DNA of 64,000 bases, taken from the NCBI RefSeq assembly GCF_947568905.1, contig NC_079165.1, forward strand, positions 85,560,001 through 85,624,000, written 5' to 3'. Every line of letters begins with the position of its first letter. Positions within the stretch are counted from its first letter, which is position 1. Position numbers and translations under genes: made by a program. Positions 1-27,332 of this stretch are shown piece by piece. Under the pieces are notes generated by a model that searched no databases, was not told where the DNA came from, and saw only the letters and a program-made list of their open reading frames with translations. This DNA is from Ostrea edulis (lineage: Eukaryota).

Positions 1-469
1 AACTGATTTTAAAAATTTGTAAGACTTATATCCCATATTGTGTAAATCAGGTTTGATTTCTAATTAATAGGCTTGTCTTCTATTCTGTATTATCAATCTG
101 CTAAATAACGACCCTACTATTTACAGAAATTATGACCTTGGAAACACTTAATAAAGTATCAAGAGAAATTAATCTCTTAAATTCAAAATCAAGATTAAAC
201 ATCACCCAGAGATAATTCTCTATATAAAAACACTGTAATGCCTAGGGCTTTTGACTCAGGACCATGAAAGCTAATTAACCTAGATTTAATTCCCTGAAGA
301 ATTATCACACAGAAACTGCAGTATCAACTACACAATATGTCATAAACAGTACAACACTATTATACCCACAACTCCCCTCAGCAAGTCTACATTCAAATTC
401 AATTCAGAATATGATTCTCGCTCAGTACAGAAACAGATCCTGTTCTGAGCGGACTAGAGAATACAATAC

Positions 470-595
470 CGTGTCTCTCTCGGGCTCTCTGCTGTTGACC
501 AGGGTATTGAACTGAGGTTCGTTTGGATGGAAGCGGGACGACTGGTTTTTTGTTGTGTAGAGCGAGTGCTTGCATTACTGCTTCTGTTCTGATTT
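470..595 (-). CDS. DIP2: DIP2 coding exon 4
   Basis: ttgtag|AAATC...CACG|gtattg; EIRTEAVMQALALHNKKPVVPLPSKRTSVQYPGQQQRARERH. Confidence 0.88.
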
Positions 596-3500
596 CTACA
601 ACAGAAAATTTAAGTTCACACACTCTACATGCGTAATGTATATATTATGCGTAAAAAAGATGCATATGCTAATGTGGTGTTGTGTATTATTAATTGAATG
701 GAATGCAAGGTGAGGCTTCCGACTCTGTGGTTTTATAGACACTTAAACACTGCAATATGAACAGTGGAAAATTAAGAGTATCAAAACAAGGTAAAGCTTT
801 ACATATTTATTAAAAATAAATCTTGACAATACTTTTCAGTCTCCATACAATGTTTACATTGTTTTTACAATCTCTTTATTTGTAGAATGTCCTCTTTTAG
901 ATTTAAAACTAGGTCATAGATAATTTGAAAGCAATATACATTTTTTGGTGTTTGATGATGGTATGTGTGGGTGGTATTTACCAGCTAGAGCCTACATAGA
1001 TGTACTAATTACTTGAATGAAATCTTGATTACCTGAGTGGTAGCGGTTGTCTTCCCTTGTGAGCCGGCGGTGTGCCTTTCTCTGAGCAGCAGTCTGAGGG
1101 CTAGGTGCACTGGGCTCTGAAAATTATTACATAATGAAAAAAAAAACTGATAAAAATCAACAACCACTGCTGCAGGTTTTCCTATCAAAAATCTCAGAAA
1201 GTCTGCCATAATGAATGGTGTCTTTTACAAGGCGCGTGAAAGCAAGTTTTCAAGAGGCAATTAATAGTTACCATGTGCATAACCTTTAATCAAAGCTGCC
1301 GAAATTTTTATACAGAGTTTAAGAGGCATAGCTATATTTATGATGATAATCAATTGTAAAGTTTGAAAATACACTGCAGCCATTCATTGGCACGGTGGAT
1401 GTCTTCACTAACAATATTGTACTGCATTCCTGCTCCGCATTAAGTTTATTAGCCCACAAACAATATTCAGGCATCGACCTCTTCATTTCCTTGCATCAAC
1501 TTTCTATGGTGCAGAATTAATTTTACAGTGTATTATCAGACTGTTAGCAGTGAACTGAACAGCTGAATGAAACATACAGCTGAATGAAATGTATGGCAAT
1601 TAAGGCAAAGGAAAGATGATTCAATTTACATGTATGAGCACTAGCACAGTAAACCACAGGTTTCACATGCAAAATATTTACACATTATCAAATTCATAAA
1701 ATAAAGCATACAAATTTATCAACAATGTGTATTGTCCTGGGTTATAAAATTCTGAAATTACATTTTCAATGTGACACTTTAAATGGATATTTATTGACTA
1801 GTTTGCATAATGTGTACTAATTGTGACGTCAAAAGAAAACACAAATAATTAATATGTTTGGCCAAAATATGATCATCATGGAATCACAAATGAAATTAGT
1901 ACAATCATTCATTGTTTTCCCAGTGCACAAATAGATCTATAGAAGTTAAACCTTTAAACAAAATAATTGATTTTACAATTAAGAACAGATCCTCCAATGA
2001 CATAATAAAAACAGAGACTGATTATGATGTTCCGATTCGTTATTGTTTTACAACATTCCACACAATACAAGACTACATGTTTAATTACATGCTAGTACAG
2101 GGTCTGATTCACCTCGAATTCTCCTGGTCCGTTAGGGAGTGACTAAGTCTTACCCCTAATCTATCATACTATCAACAGGTGAACATCGTCCAGGGGAAAG
2201 GATCAGATGTTTATTACTGGCGAGTGATCACTTCCCAATAAACCCCCTCTTTTCTGGATGGTGTATATAAAAAAATATGTAAAGAAAGCTTAGAGTTTAT
2301 CTGTACAATACAGATTACACAATACCTAAGGAAACCTCCACCATTAAATGTATCAGTGAAGCCTGAATGTCTGAGCCATGTACATATATACTGTATACAG
2401 GCAGCTTTATATTATATGTGTACTACAACATTTTCCTAGGACATTCTCTTGTAAAACTTTATTATAACATGTTTACTACTTCCTTCCCATACAAAGGAAC
2501 CTACGAACACAGACCTGGCTCTTCCTGGAACAGATTAGCCTGGTGGATGAGGAAGCCCAGGCTATTCAGAGTAACAATAAAAAAAAAGGGGGGGGATCAT
2601 GTTTTCTGTATTCTAGGATAACTGGAGATTGATTCATCAAGAGACGTAGACTTAGTCTTAAGTCTACCTGGCGGGTGCCAAAACTTTGTCCAGTAATGTC
2701 ACTATGTTCTTAAATGTAAAGCTTCTGAAGATTGCAAATGAAAGCACTAAAGCTTTACTAAGTATCTTCATGTTTCTTTCTTCTTTTTCCATTAAACTTT
2801 TACCGATCATCGTGAAAAGTAATTATTGTCTGTACATACATATATATACTGTATACAATTATCACATAGCCATTCACTATCTACGGACACCCACTTTTGT
2901 CACTAACCGGGGTAGAATTCACGACCTGCGGAACCAATTCTCTTAGCAGCGTGTTACCAACTTGCTAGACCACTCGAGCATCTAGACAAGTAAAAAAAAC
3001 CTTGCTTTTGATGATTATTAAATTCTCGCCACACTGTCACATGCTAACCTCATTGAGAATGGAAATGGGATACAGTTATGAGACATAAATTTATACTCAA
3101 TATTCAAAATGCTGCTTTATGTGAAATACATTTAACTGAATATATATAGGATCTATTTTGATGAATTTATATTTACTTCTGAAGTTCTGAGGTCAATGTT
3201 ATTCAGATACTCCAGACAGCCTGTCCTGTTTCTAAAATAATATTCTTGACAATAAAATTCTTAGATTTCTTCTTTGAAACAATATTAACATTACCATTTA
3301 TAATTGTTTACGACTACTGTTAAAACTACCTCATTTTTGGCTTGACTTAGGTTGGGCACAGAAGTTGTGCCTTTTCAAGAAATGGGCCTTTAGCGGAAGC
3401 CCAGATTTATGGTGGAGTTACAACAGAAATACACTCCTTGATGAAACAAGCCCCATGTCTCAACCATAGCAGATATTTTACATCTTGCAGTTTATGAATG

Positions 3501-6500
3501 GTTATAGTTATGGTAAAAATTTCCCAATATGTATGGCAGCTTTACAGAGAGACTTAAAAATCCCTATGAGTAAAAAGGACAGTCAGGCAATGATTGGATG
3601 TGTCACTAACCTTTAGGCGAGAACCAATATACAGCTGCCGTAAACATCCGAATCAAACACTGAACCCATTGAACACAAAACCATTACATCCATACCAAAA
3701 AACATTGAAATTCTGATGTACTTCACACAAATACGTAACCCCCTCACTACCAAGGATTACAAGAGCACCAATATTAGTTATTAAAGAAGTACCATAGGTT
3801 TTCTCCTCTCAACTAAATGTTACATATAGCCACCAGCAAACATCAACACATGCTAAGTAAATATCCACCAAACATCACATGTGTGAGGAATTTCAACACT
3901 GGGATATCTTCATACAACCCCTCAGGTGATTTTTTTTCTTTAAAAATCTAAATTTGATTTACGTAACATTTTCCCTTACATGAAATTCTGTTTCTACAGA
4001 GTGCAGATTGTGTTCACTTTGTTTCAAATCTTAATTGCTTAACCTTTCTGATAACACTTCAGGAAATGCAAAGTCTCTGTCTGAAATTAGCATTTTATTT
4101 TCTGACAATTACAGAAAAACAAAGATTGCAGCAAGTCCTTATCATATCTCAGATCTCAAGACAAGAGTAAAAAGTGAACTAGTCTACACAATTTTCATGC
4201 GAGTTACACACGTGGTGATCTGTTCCCACAACAGAGCATAACTACAGCAAACTTATCCAGAATTGTGTATTGATCTAATTAAAAGAATTGCTCAAATCTG
4301 TAATCAGTGGTAATTACTAATTTTGATTCATGAGTCTGTCCATGCACAGATCAGAATAAATGATTGCAAGTCCATTAGGGGGGATTCTGACAAGATTCGG
4401 ATTGCATCTTATCAAACTTTGCTTTCAGAGGTCTGAGAATGTTTACGTTACAATGCACTAAAGCAAACAGTATACTCCCAAGTTTTTAATCTCTCCCTGA
4501 CCACAGCACAGCTTCTCCGATCTCCATACATAAATATCTACTCAGCATATAGAAATAACACAGCCCCCAGTACAACAGCACTCATACTAAAGCACTGTCT
4601 TTGTCTAAAAAACATGTCCCTTCTTTCTTCTCTATTCCTTTGTTTTCTTTTTTTATTTGGAGCAAAAATATTTATTAGGTCACCTAAAATAACTTTTACA
4701 TTCAATACATGACGCTCACGAAAAGGCCTGAAAAAACATTAATGCCTAATTAATAGGTAGGTAATTAACAGTGTTTACCTGCAGGTGATTGCGAGACATA
4801 ACTGGCCAGTAGGCGGGATCTCTTCTTCTCATAGCCTTTCTGAGTGATGTCACCTGAAATATACAATTGCTGTTTTAATTAACAAAGCTAATGAACTACT
4901 GGATGAAAACTAACAATTGTGTATGACCTCATCCTTATGTGAAGTCAGACAGTCCCTGCTATTGCCTCATGTATCATGTCACTATGTTCAAATCCTTCAA
5001 GTCCATCGACATCATACTGCATTTAACTGCAGACACATACATTGTTCAAAAAGTACAATGCTGAGTTCACAGGACTTTGTTACCTTTCATGCTTCACTGT
5101 CAATGTCTGAGTTTCAACTAAAATCTTCAAGTCACTGGGAGTCCGGGTTTCTCTCAAAATATTTTAAAGCAAACCAGATGGCTTCTCTATGACACATAGC
5201 CATTAACATATTTTATAGTTTATCAAACAAAATAGAGATGTTATCCTTGATACATAAGCAAGATCCAAGTCTCACTGCTAGAAAGCACTCTACTGCATCA
5301 GCCTCCAAACACCTCACTCCAACACCATTTCAAACCATGCCATTTAAAATATGTTCTAAACTGAGCAATTATCATGTACAAATCGCTACCAGAATATGTC
5401 TGCCTTAATTATGTTCTAACAATGCCAAATAGATTATGTTTGAAGAGGGAAGCAGGGAAGTTTAAATAATTTTTTGTCAGTTCTTCCATGGTGGGCATTA
5501 TACTGATTATCTGTTTACAACCTTGAATTCATCATCTTGCACTGATCCTACTGTGATTCCCTGTCTACATCGGAATCCAGAAAACTCAGCTAGGCAGGAG
5601 AACAGGCGGATTTTACTGGAGTACAGGAGAGTTCTTGTATTACTGGGAGGTCCTAATGTTGGGGTATAGGGGCCAGGCAGATTTTACTGGAGTACAGGAG
5701 AACCGGCACATCTATTGTGGCATAAGGGAAATGGACAGATTCTACTGGAGCAAGGAAATGGACAGATTCTACTGGAGTACGGGAAATGGACAAATTCTAC
5801 TGGAGTATGGGAAATGGACAGATTCTACTGGAGTACGGGAAATGGACAAATTCTACTGGAGTACGGGAGAATTCTTGTATTTCTGGGACATCCTATTGGT
5901 GGGGTATATTGATTGATTGAATATTGTTTAACGTCCTTCTCGAGAATATTTCACTCATATAGAGACGTCACCACTGCCGATGAAGGGCGCAAAATTTTGG
6001 TCTATACTCGGCGCTTACGGCCTTTGAGCAGGGATCGAAGTATCTTAATTGTGTCACACCTGCTGTGACATGGGACCTCGGTTTTCGCGGTCTCATCCGA
6101 AGGACCACCCCATTTAGTCGCCTTCTACGACAAGCAAGGGGGTACTGAGGACCTATTCTAACCCGGATCCCCACGGGACTTGGTGGGGTATAGGGGAAAG
6201 GGCAAAGCAAATGCATGTACTAGGGTGAAACCCTATTAATGGGACCAGGCAGATTCATGTACTACTACTATTAGAGGAATACAGGAGAAGGGGTCAGACA
6301 GGGCCAGACATGTGTATATGTACTAGGGTGAGGTCCTATGAGTGGTGTGAGGTGGGACCAGACATGTATATGTACTAGGGTGAGGTCCTATGAGTGGTGT
6401 GAGGTGGGACCAGACATGTGTATATGTACTAGGGTGAGGTCCTATGAGTGGTGTGAGGTGGGACCAGACATGTGTATATGTACTAGGGTGAGGTCCTATG

Positions 6501-9500
6501 AGTGGTGTGAGACGGGCATAGTGTTTCCTGTACATATTTATGTGTTTTATTAAAGTATATATATTCCAAATATAGTATAAGGAAGACTCTATTGACAGAA
6601 TTCTCATTCTTTGGTCCTTGATTAATGAATGAATATTCACTATATATTCCTGTATGCACAAACAATGAGACATAATCTATTCTGTGTTATATGTTACAGG
6701 TGTCTTACTTCAGATCTCTATAATACAACACATCCAAGACTGGGAGGAAGTCCTGACCATATCAATATCAGTATCTCCCTACATACAATTACTACATTCA
6801 ATGGCTCCTAATTACAATCATGGCTTCTAATTACAATCCTCTTACAATAAACATACCCTGTGTTACTGTAACCTGTGTGTAACTGATACATACAAATCAC
6901 AATCAATTCATCATAACACACAATCAATACATGCATGTTCAAAGTTCACAATTTAATTAATTAGGACGGTACAGAAATGAGTTGTGAACATTAATTAGAA
7001 GTCTCTTGCCAATATTAGCAGCCATTCCGTGTGACTAGAAGTTTTGCTTTGCTAGATATATATGTCATCTGGTTCTCATTTCTTGCTTGCATTGTGTAAC
7101 AGCATGCCTTCATTGATCTTAAGTAGCTTTGGCTGATTTCATTTCCCTTAATTTCCGAAATTTACTATCAAACATGGGGCCTGCCAGGCCTCCACAACTA
7201 AAAATTATCTTTCATCTTGTATGAGAATTTTTAAGTATGTGTAAAGTGACCTGGGTCCTGTTTAAATTGAATACACAGTGAACTACGTTAGAATGAGTCA
7301 CGACACTCTGTCAGTAGCTTCACAGTAGTAATTGCCGTCATTCTGTTTTAGATGACCTACTTGTTAAACAGCTACAACCATTAAGTTTGAAATTTTCCCC
7401 AAATTGATTTTTAAGCAGTGAATAATTTATGCTGCCCTGTGTACAGGTGTAAGTAGAGCACATATGCCCCATCAGCCCTACACACTGATCTGACACTTGT
7501 GATGTTTTATATGCTATTTTATTAGCATTTATTGACTCTCTACGCATACTTCTTCTGATCAATGCTGAGGATGCACTCTGCATCACTGTCTTCATCTGAA
7601 TCATGTGTAAGCAAACAAGAACAATGTCTCTGTAACCTCTTATCTTGTAGAAATATGTACAATGCACATGTAACATTGAACTTAAGGCATTTAGTACATT
7701 GTACAGGTAATCTAGAACTGAAAGGAATTTAGAACAATGTAATCTAGAATTTATAGGAATTTAGAACAATATGTACATGTAATCTAGAACTTAAGGAATT
7801 TAGTACATGTAATCTAGAACTTAAGAAATTTAGAACAATGTACATGTAATCTAGAACTTAAGGAATTCAGAACAATATACATGTAATCTAGAACTTAAAA
7901 GGAATTTAGTACATGTTATCTAGAACTGAAAGGAATTTAGAACAATATACATGTAATCTAGAACTTAAGGAATTCAGTACAATATACATGTAATCTAGAA
8001 CTTAAGGAATTCAGTACAATACACATGTAATCTAGAATTTATAGGAATTTAGTACAATATACATGTAATCTAAAACTTAAAGGAATTTAGTACAATACAC
8101 ATGTAATATTGAACTTAAAGGAATTCAGTACAATATACATGTAATCTAGAACTCAAAGGAATTTAGTACAATATACATGTAATATTGAACTTAAAGGAAT
8201 TTAGTACAATATACATGTAATCTAGAACTTAAGGAATTCAGTGCAATATACATGTAATCTAGAATTTATAGGAATTTAGTACAATATACATGTAATCTAG
8301 AACTGAAAGGAATTTAGAACAATATACATGTAATCTAGAACTGAAAGGAATTTAGTACAATATACATGTAATCTAGAACTTAAGGAATTCAGTACAATAC
8401 ACATGTAATCTAGAATTTATAGGAATTTAGTATAATATACACATAATCTAGAACTTAAAGGAATTTAGTACAATATAGTTTTATACACATAATCTAGAAC
8501 TTAAAGGAATTTAGTACAATATAGTTTTATACACATAATCTAGAACTTAAGGAATTTAGTATGATATACATGTAATCTAAAACTCGAAGAATTTTTGCAG
8601 AAGATACTATGTAAAAAATGCAGATTCATGAGAAATAATTTAACATTCTCATCATTTAGCTGAAATGGTCTTGTATCCATGACCTAAATCAAATATAAAA
8701 CTGACAGTTTCTCCTTTGCCACCCACCAATGACCACACTGAATTAAGGGTACAGGTATCTTCCACAGGAATGTCCCAAGTTTTTGTCAAATGTCATAAAT
8801 TTTCCAAATCTGAAGGGCCAGGACCCATCCCAAATTGCTGCAGAAAATCCCTGTGGTAAACTGCAGTATTTAAAACTAACTGAAGACAAAATAATTAATT
8901 AAAGAGATTAAATATCACCATAATAAGCCAATCTAATTTGACATAGACCAAATTCTCTATGTAGGGTTCATCAATCAAAAGCTATTTCTAATGATATGAA
9001 TTATCCCATAAGGAGATCAGAATGAAATCATTGACAAAAAGTGTAATAACTTGTTTTAGAAGTCTGACCGGGAGTGAAATCATTAACGTCAACAGCACAT
9101 TAGGATACCAACATGATGGTCTTTGCCAATTTTTTAAATTCTAAACCACTTCCTATTGGTTTTTACCTGTAGAAATTTGTTACAATATGATTTTAAAATT
9201 CAAACACTACATGTATACATAGGAAAATAAATATTATCATCAAAATTGTAAAACTGTCAGTTCAATGTACATGGTTACAGTTCAATGTGCATAGTAACAG
9301 TTCAATGTACATAGTAACAGTTCAATGTACATAGTTACAGTTCAATGTACATAGTTTCATTTCAATGTACATAGTAACAGTTCAATGTACATAGTAACAG
9401 TTCAATGTACATTGTTACAGTTCAATGTACATAGTAACAGTTCAATGTACATAGTAACAGTTCAATGTACATAGTAACAGTTCAATGTACATAGTAACAG

Positions 9501-12500
9501 TTCAATGTACATAGTTACAGTTCAATGTACATAGTAACAGTTCAATGTACATAGTTACAGTTCAATGTACATAGTTTCATTTCAATGTGTATAGTAACAG
9601 TTCAATATGCCTTGTGACAATTTAATGGGTGAATCACTATTTACAAGTTTTGACACAGCTAATCTATCACATCTTTGCAGTGAACAGTTTCATATCAATA
9701 CTTTGAAATACAATAAATAAAAATTGTACTAATTTGTCAGTCAGTTCTGTGCGGTATGTAGGTTGGAATGAGTTGTGAGTTAAGCTGATATTTATGATTG
9801 CCTGCCTGCCTATATAACATTATGTAAATTTAGGGTACATGTGCCTCGAGCTGCAAATTTCCATACACAGGGTGTCATAAAAGAAGAAAAAAGTGTAAAG
9901 CTTCATTTCCAAATCAAAAAATTGAGTAATTTTCTATCATTTTGTTAATTGTTTAATGAATTTTCCACAATTGGAAAGGCTCCAATATCTAAAACCCAGT
10001 TCTTATATCAATTCGAAATATCTAAAAAATTTAAACTAATTAATGCACCGTATCTGAAATGTTTTTCACAAATTAAAAAGACTAGTAGTGTCTGTTCAAC
10101 TATACTGCATAGTCAACAGGATCTAATCTATTATTTAAACCAATGCACCGTCAAGAGGAGCATCCCATCACAATGGCATACGGTCACATTCATTCATCAG
10201 CGCATCAACACAGTGACATAAGGTCACACTCATTCATCAGCATATCAACACAGTGTAACATGTAAATAGTATGGGCTAGCCGAATGCACCTTTCTTATTG
10301 GGAAATTGTAACCACCATTTTGCCTAATTGGAAAAACTTCCTCCATTTAAAAAAATTGATGAAATATTGACTGATTCATTTGGATTTTATCCAATATTTA
10401 ATTCACTCTGTCTGATTGTAGCAACGAGTACATATATAAAATTACAATTCCAAGGAAATTTTCCAATAATAAAGGGTTATTGAACTTATATTGGTGAATA
10501 TTGGCACGAGTTGGCTGTAAAAATGCACAAGCTTGCAATTGCATTTTGACAGCCAACGAGTGCCAATATTCACCTACATAAGTTCAATATAGCTAAAGTA
10601 TTTAGTTGTTAAATTATATCCCTTTTCATTCAAAATACTCCAATATTGGCATCTAAAGAGAAGGTGTGAAATATCAGCATGCATTTCCTAACTGTTCAAT
10701 ATTTAACCCATCATTAATGCATGTAGCAAACTGATTTTGTGAATGGGGACATCATAATTTATGTACAGTAAAAAATTTTGCTTAAGTAAATATCAAATAC
10801 CGGCTCTGTCAGATTCGGAGGACCATCGTCTGCCATTTTGACTTGTTTACGTCGTTACGGTAACGTCAATATTGAACGCTCATACTCGTAATGTTTCGGG
10901 CACATACAATTTACGCAATGCAAAGTTAGCATTCAATAAATATATTAATAAAAAAAAAAAATTTCTTAGGATATTGAACGCTAACATCCTCTAGATTTTA
11001 CGAAGACTTTATAATAGACTATTTATTAGCTATATTAATAATTCCAAATTATCGCAAATTTGAGTAAATTGCAATTTGGAATACAACACATAGCATTTTC
11101 ATTTGGGAATAGGCTTTGGTTTTGGCACTAAAGGAATATATATATATATATATATATCCATCCAGTGACCTTGACCTTTGACTTAATAATCAACAGGTTT
11201 TGACAGCTTACCATTAGGGATACCTTTAAATCTTGTCCATAAAGCAACTCTCAGTAGTGTTACTATATTCCACTGTACAGTGTGGATGATAAAGCATTAT
11301 ACAATATTATCCCTAAACATAACAATGAACCTAATGTATTGCTGCTGAATGTGCTTCTGTATGTTTCCCTTTGAAATGTGTATTGGCACAGACTTGTTAC
11401 AGGGATTGAGACATAATATCTCGAATGATATCACATACACTTTCTATTGGTATATATCTTATAATATCACAGTACATGGTATTTTGACAAAAATATGTCC
11501 ATCTTGAAAACCTAATCTACCATCAAATTACTACAAAATCTGTTTTTATTGGGAGATATACATGCACATACAGTTGAAGTTAGATATCTCGAACACTGAT
11601 ATCTCGAATACTGTGGTTATGTTGAAGTGATTCGGAAGTCTCAACCATTTATTCTTTTAAGTAATTTACCCTCAATATCTCAAATCCTCAGATATCTCAA
11701 AAGTCTTTTCTCAGTCCCATCGAGTTTGAGATTAAATGAGGTTTGACTATATATCAAATCTAGCACACACACCCCGTTTTCAAAAATTGGTAATGCTTTC
11801 ACATAAAAATCCAAAATGTTTAAATAGTAAGGAAACCCAAAGTACAATGGCAATGAAGTATATATATACTTCATCACAAACATCAAATTAACTTACATTA
11901 TATATACAATAATTTGATTCATTTATGCAGAATACTCAACAAATAAGTATTCTGTGAAGTCACAAAATTACACTGAATAATCAAGTCCCATGAATAGAGA
12001 ACCTGCTCAACAATTCAAACCTATTAGTCAGGCCATGTACATAATGTTGATGTTTGCATTCAATAAATTGATTTTTGGTTCCCACTAGAACTCCGGATTG
12101 ATTCAGGTGAAGTTTATAGTCACTTGTAATACTGATGAGTCTATGCTGACTATCTCCGGCATAGTTCATCCACCCAACAATCATGTACAACACTTTTTTT
12201 CTTTGTATGCTCGATGATCAAATTATACTACATTTTATAATATTTATATACAGACATGGCCTGGCAATACACATTATAATGTAAACAATAGCAAGCTTTA
12301 AGATAAAATCTTTAATACATAACGGACTAGCCAGAAAATTCTGCTCTAATAGCAAAGGAACAGATACCACAACCTGAAGTTCCAAATTTTCCAAATTTGT
12401 GAATTTAATTTCCGCTCTCTGATAATTTTGTAACATGACTGATATCTCAGAAACAGTAGCACATCGATAAACTGGACACCGCAAACAATAGAAATCAAGC

Positions 12501-12602
12501 AGATAGCGACATACCTTCTGCGAGTTCTATATCGAGCTCTTCTAATTTAAGCCTGACATCTTCTGGAACACGAGATATGTCTACTGTTTTATCCGCCATC
12601 AT
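470..12602 (-). CDS. DIP2: Disco-interacting protein 2 homolog, 5' part (exons 12515-12602, 4779-4853, 1033-1116, 470-595); gene continues beyond the left window edge
   Basis: Spliced translation MMADKTVDISRVPEDVRLKLEELDIELAE-GDITQKGYEKKRSRLLASYVSQSPA-EPSAPSPQTAAQRKAHRRLTREDNRYHS-EIRTEAVMQALALHNKKPVVPLPSKRTSV matches the DMAP1-binding N-terminus of DIP2 (ELELSEGDITQKGYEKKR; RYHSE..EAVQ.AL; P.PSKR.S). All introns GT-AG, phase 1. Confidence 0.95.
1033..1116 (-). CDS. DIP2: DIP2 coding exon 3
   Basis: ttttcag|AGCCC...TCAG|gtaatc; ...QRKAHRRLTREDNRYHS. Confidence 0.92.
4779..4853 (-). CDS. DIP2: DIP2 coding exon 2
   Basis: tttcag|GTGAC...GCAG|gtaaac; GDITQKGYEKKRSRLLASYVSQSPA. Confidence 0.95.
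5595..5885. repeat. About 29-30-bp minisatellite (GGAAATGGACAGATTCTACTGGAGTAC-like)
   Basis: Directly visible tandem units; explains track ORFs 5635..5916 and 5715..5912. Confidence 0.88.
5909..6179 (-). mobile_element. SINE-like retroposon with 13-bp target-site duplication
   Basis: TTGGTGGGGTATA at 5896-5908 and 6180-6192; (CAAT)n tail on the minus strand; homologous split copy at 30013-30655; central TCGGATGAGAC...AAACCGAGGTCC segment resembles conserved SINE central domains. Confidence 0.88.
6319..6510. repeat. 54-bp minisatellite, about 3.6 copies
   Basis: Unit TGTACTAGGGTGAGGTCCTATGAGTGGTGTGAGGTGGGACCAGACATGTGTATA starting at 6319, 6371, 6425 and 6479. Confidence 0.93.
7660..8585. repeat. 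37-38-bp AT-rich minisatellite (TACATGTAATCTAGAACTTAAGGAATTTAGTACAATA), more than 20 copies
   Basis: Directly visible tandem array in DIP2 intron 1. Confidence 0.95.
9257..9606. repeat. 20-bp minisatellite (TTCAATGTACATAGTAACAG), about 17 copies
   Basis: Near-perfect 20-bp periodicity. Confidence 0.96.
10478..10589. mobile_element. Palindromic MITE-like hairpin (50-bp arms, 12-nt loop)
   Basis: TATTGAACTTATATTGGTGAATATTGGCACGAGTTGGCTGTAAAAATGCA pairs with TGCATTTTGACAGCCAACGAGTGCCAATATTCACCTACATAAGTTCAATA. Confidence 0.7.
12515..12602 (-). CDS. DIP2: DIP2 coding exon 1
   Basis: ATG ATG GCG ... GAA G|gtatgt; MMADKTVDISRVPEDVRLKLEELDIELAE (start could be 12602 or 12599). Confidence 0.92.
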
Positions 12603-12791
12603 TATTATGTTCAATTCATGCGCTGAAGTTCATCTGTCATTTTCCTCATTTATGAATCACCGTCGCCATTTTTAACACTGAAGTCTCGTCTGAAATCTCG
12701 CCACACCTAGCTCTCGCGCGGATCATTCCAACGAAAGTTGTCAAGAAGAACAAGAAGCAGCCTAGGCTAGCTAGAGGTTACAAAGAGAAAG
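12603..12791. promoter_or_regulatory. Compact bidirectional promoter and 5'UTRs shared by DIP2 and CNPPD1
   Basis: 189 bp between divergent start codons; locally CpG-rich; YY1-type motif CGCCATTTT at 12664-12672; TCTCGCG-like element near 12713; palindrome AGCCTAGGCT near 12759. Confidence 0.8.

Positions 12792-27332
<14,541 letters not shown>

Noticed and set aside
6040-6179. Fit of the SINE 5' end to HDV-like, twister, pistol or hammerhead consensus
   Set aside because: Partial motif resemblances only (ACUAA, UCCUC, CGGAUGA); the required helix order could not be satisfied, so no ribozyme class is called.
5635-6673. Repetitive ORFs (EMDRFYWST, HLTPLIGPHPSTYT)
   Set aside because: Products of the 29-bp and 54-bp minisatellites and the SINE.
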